Assembly (NCBI RefSeq): GCF_000143415.4
Contig: NW_003314611.1
Span: 1-9,946 of the forward strand
Length of the DNA stretch: 9,946 nucleotides
DNA from: Selaginella moellendorffii
Lineage: Eukaryota > Plantae > Lycopodiophyta
Direction of reading: 5' to 3'
The notes under the pieces were generated by a model. That model did not search any database, was not told the DNA's origin, and saw nothing but the letters and a program-made list of their open reading frames with translations. Made by a program: the position numbers and the translations under genes. Shown here piece after piece: positions 9,746 to 9,946 of the stretch (positions are counted from its first letter, which is position 1; each line of letters opens with the position of its first letter).

Positions 9746-9946
9746 GGATCTCCAGGAAACTCAAAACAATCTCGCGCGTGTCAGAATATTCTAGGAATAT
9801 ACTCCTATGTGCTCCTGAAAATGGCATGCGGCCCCACGCCATTCAAGAGATAACGCCAGATGACACCGAGCATTTTTTGGTGCATTTTTTGGGATCAAAA
9901 TTGCATGAGCCCACACGCTTGAACGTCACATCAAATCCTCTGACAA

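Larger units (their letters stand above)
4549..9920. repeat. Dispersed 20-bp palindrome family TGGCATG-N-GGCC-N-CAYGCCA
   Basis: Full-length copies, variously degenerate, start at 4549, 4865, 6260, 6317, 8153, 8223, 8321, 8978, 9822 and 9901. Half copies lie at 4926-4937 and 8914-8925. Confidence 0.93.
4865..9946 (-). mobile_element. Sola-like (DDD) cut-and-paste DNA transposon; ends unresolved, probably continues beyond the window
   Basis: Contains the transposase gene and the palindrome/repeat family on both sides of it. No TIR pair or TSD was found within the window. Confidence 0.65.
8660..9946 (+). repeat. Direct repeats: 8660-8694 = 9912-9946 (35 bp identical); 8914-8996 ~ 9830-9919
   Basis: cacacgcttgaacgtcacatcaaatcctctgacaa occurs twice. 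The block ggccMcacgccattcaa...cgagcattttttggtgcattttt...caaaattgcatgagcccacacgct occurs twice with small indels. Confidence 0.95.

Overview
Eukaryotic, very probably land-plant, nuclear scaffold. It has TTTAGGG repeats, GT-AG splice signals and two N gaps (887-990, 2118-2678). The candidate introns are very short (about 46-56 nt), as in Selaginella-type compact genomes (inference). The main feature is a minus-strand gene of about 1020 codons (8078->5011, perhaps with a last exon to 4938) encoding a Sola-like DDD transposase. It is split into three ORFs by one in-frame TAG (7772-7770) and one 1-nt frameshift (~6398). The catalytic core is flanked by two tandem N-terminal domains resembling the TNP1/En-Spm accessory domain and a C-terminal SH3/Tudor/BAH-like domain. 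A 20-bp palindrome, TGGCATG-N-GGCC-N-CAYGCCA, occurs 10 times plus half-sites from 4549 to 9920, mostly in pairs or triplets, including inside the CDS. Converging on the transposase from the left is a decayed plus-strand gene with Ulp1/C48-protease-like motifs. Its presumed 3' region carries a 47-bp inverted homolog of the transposase's 3' end. Element termini and target-site duplication could not be located.
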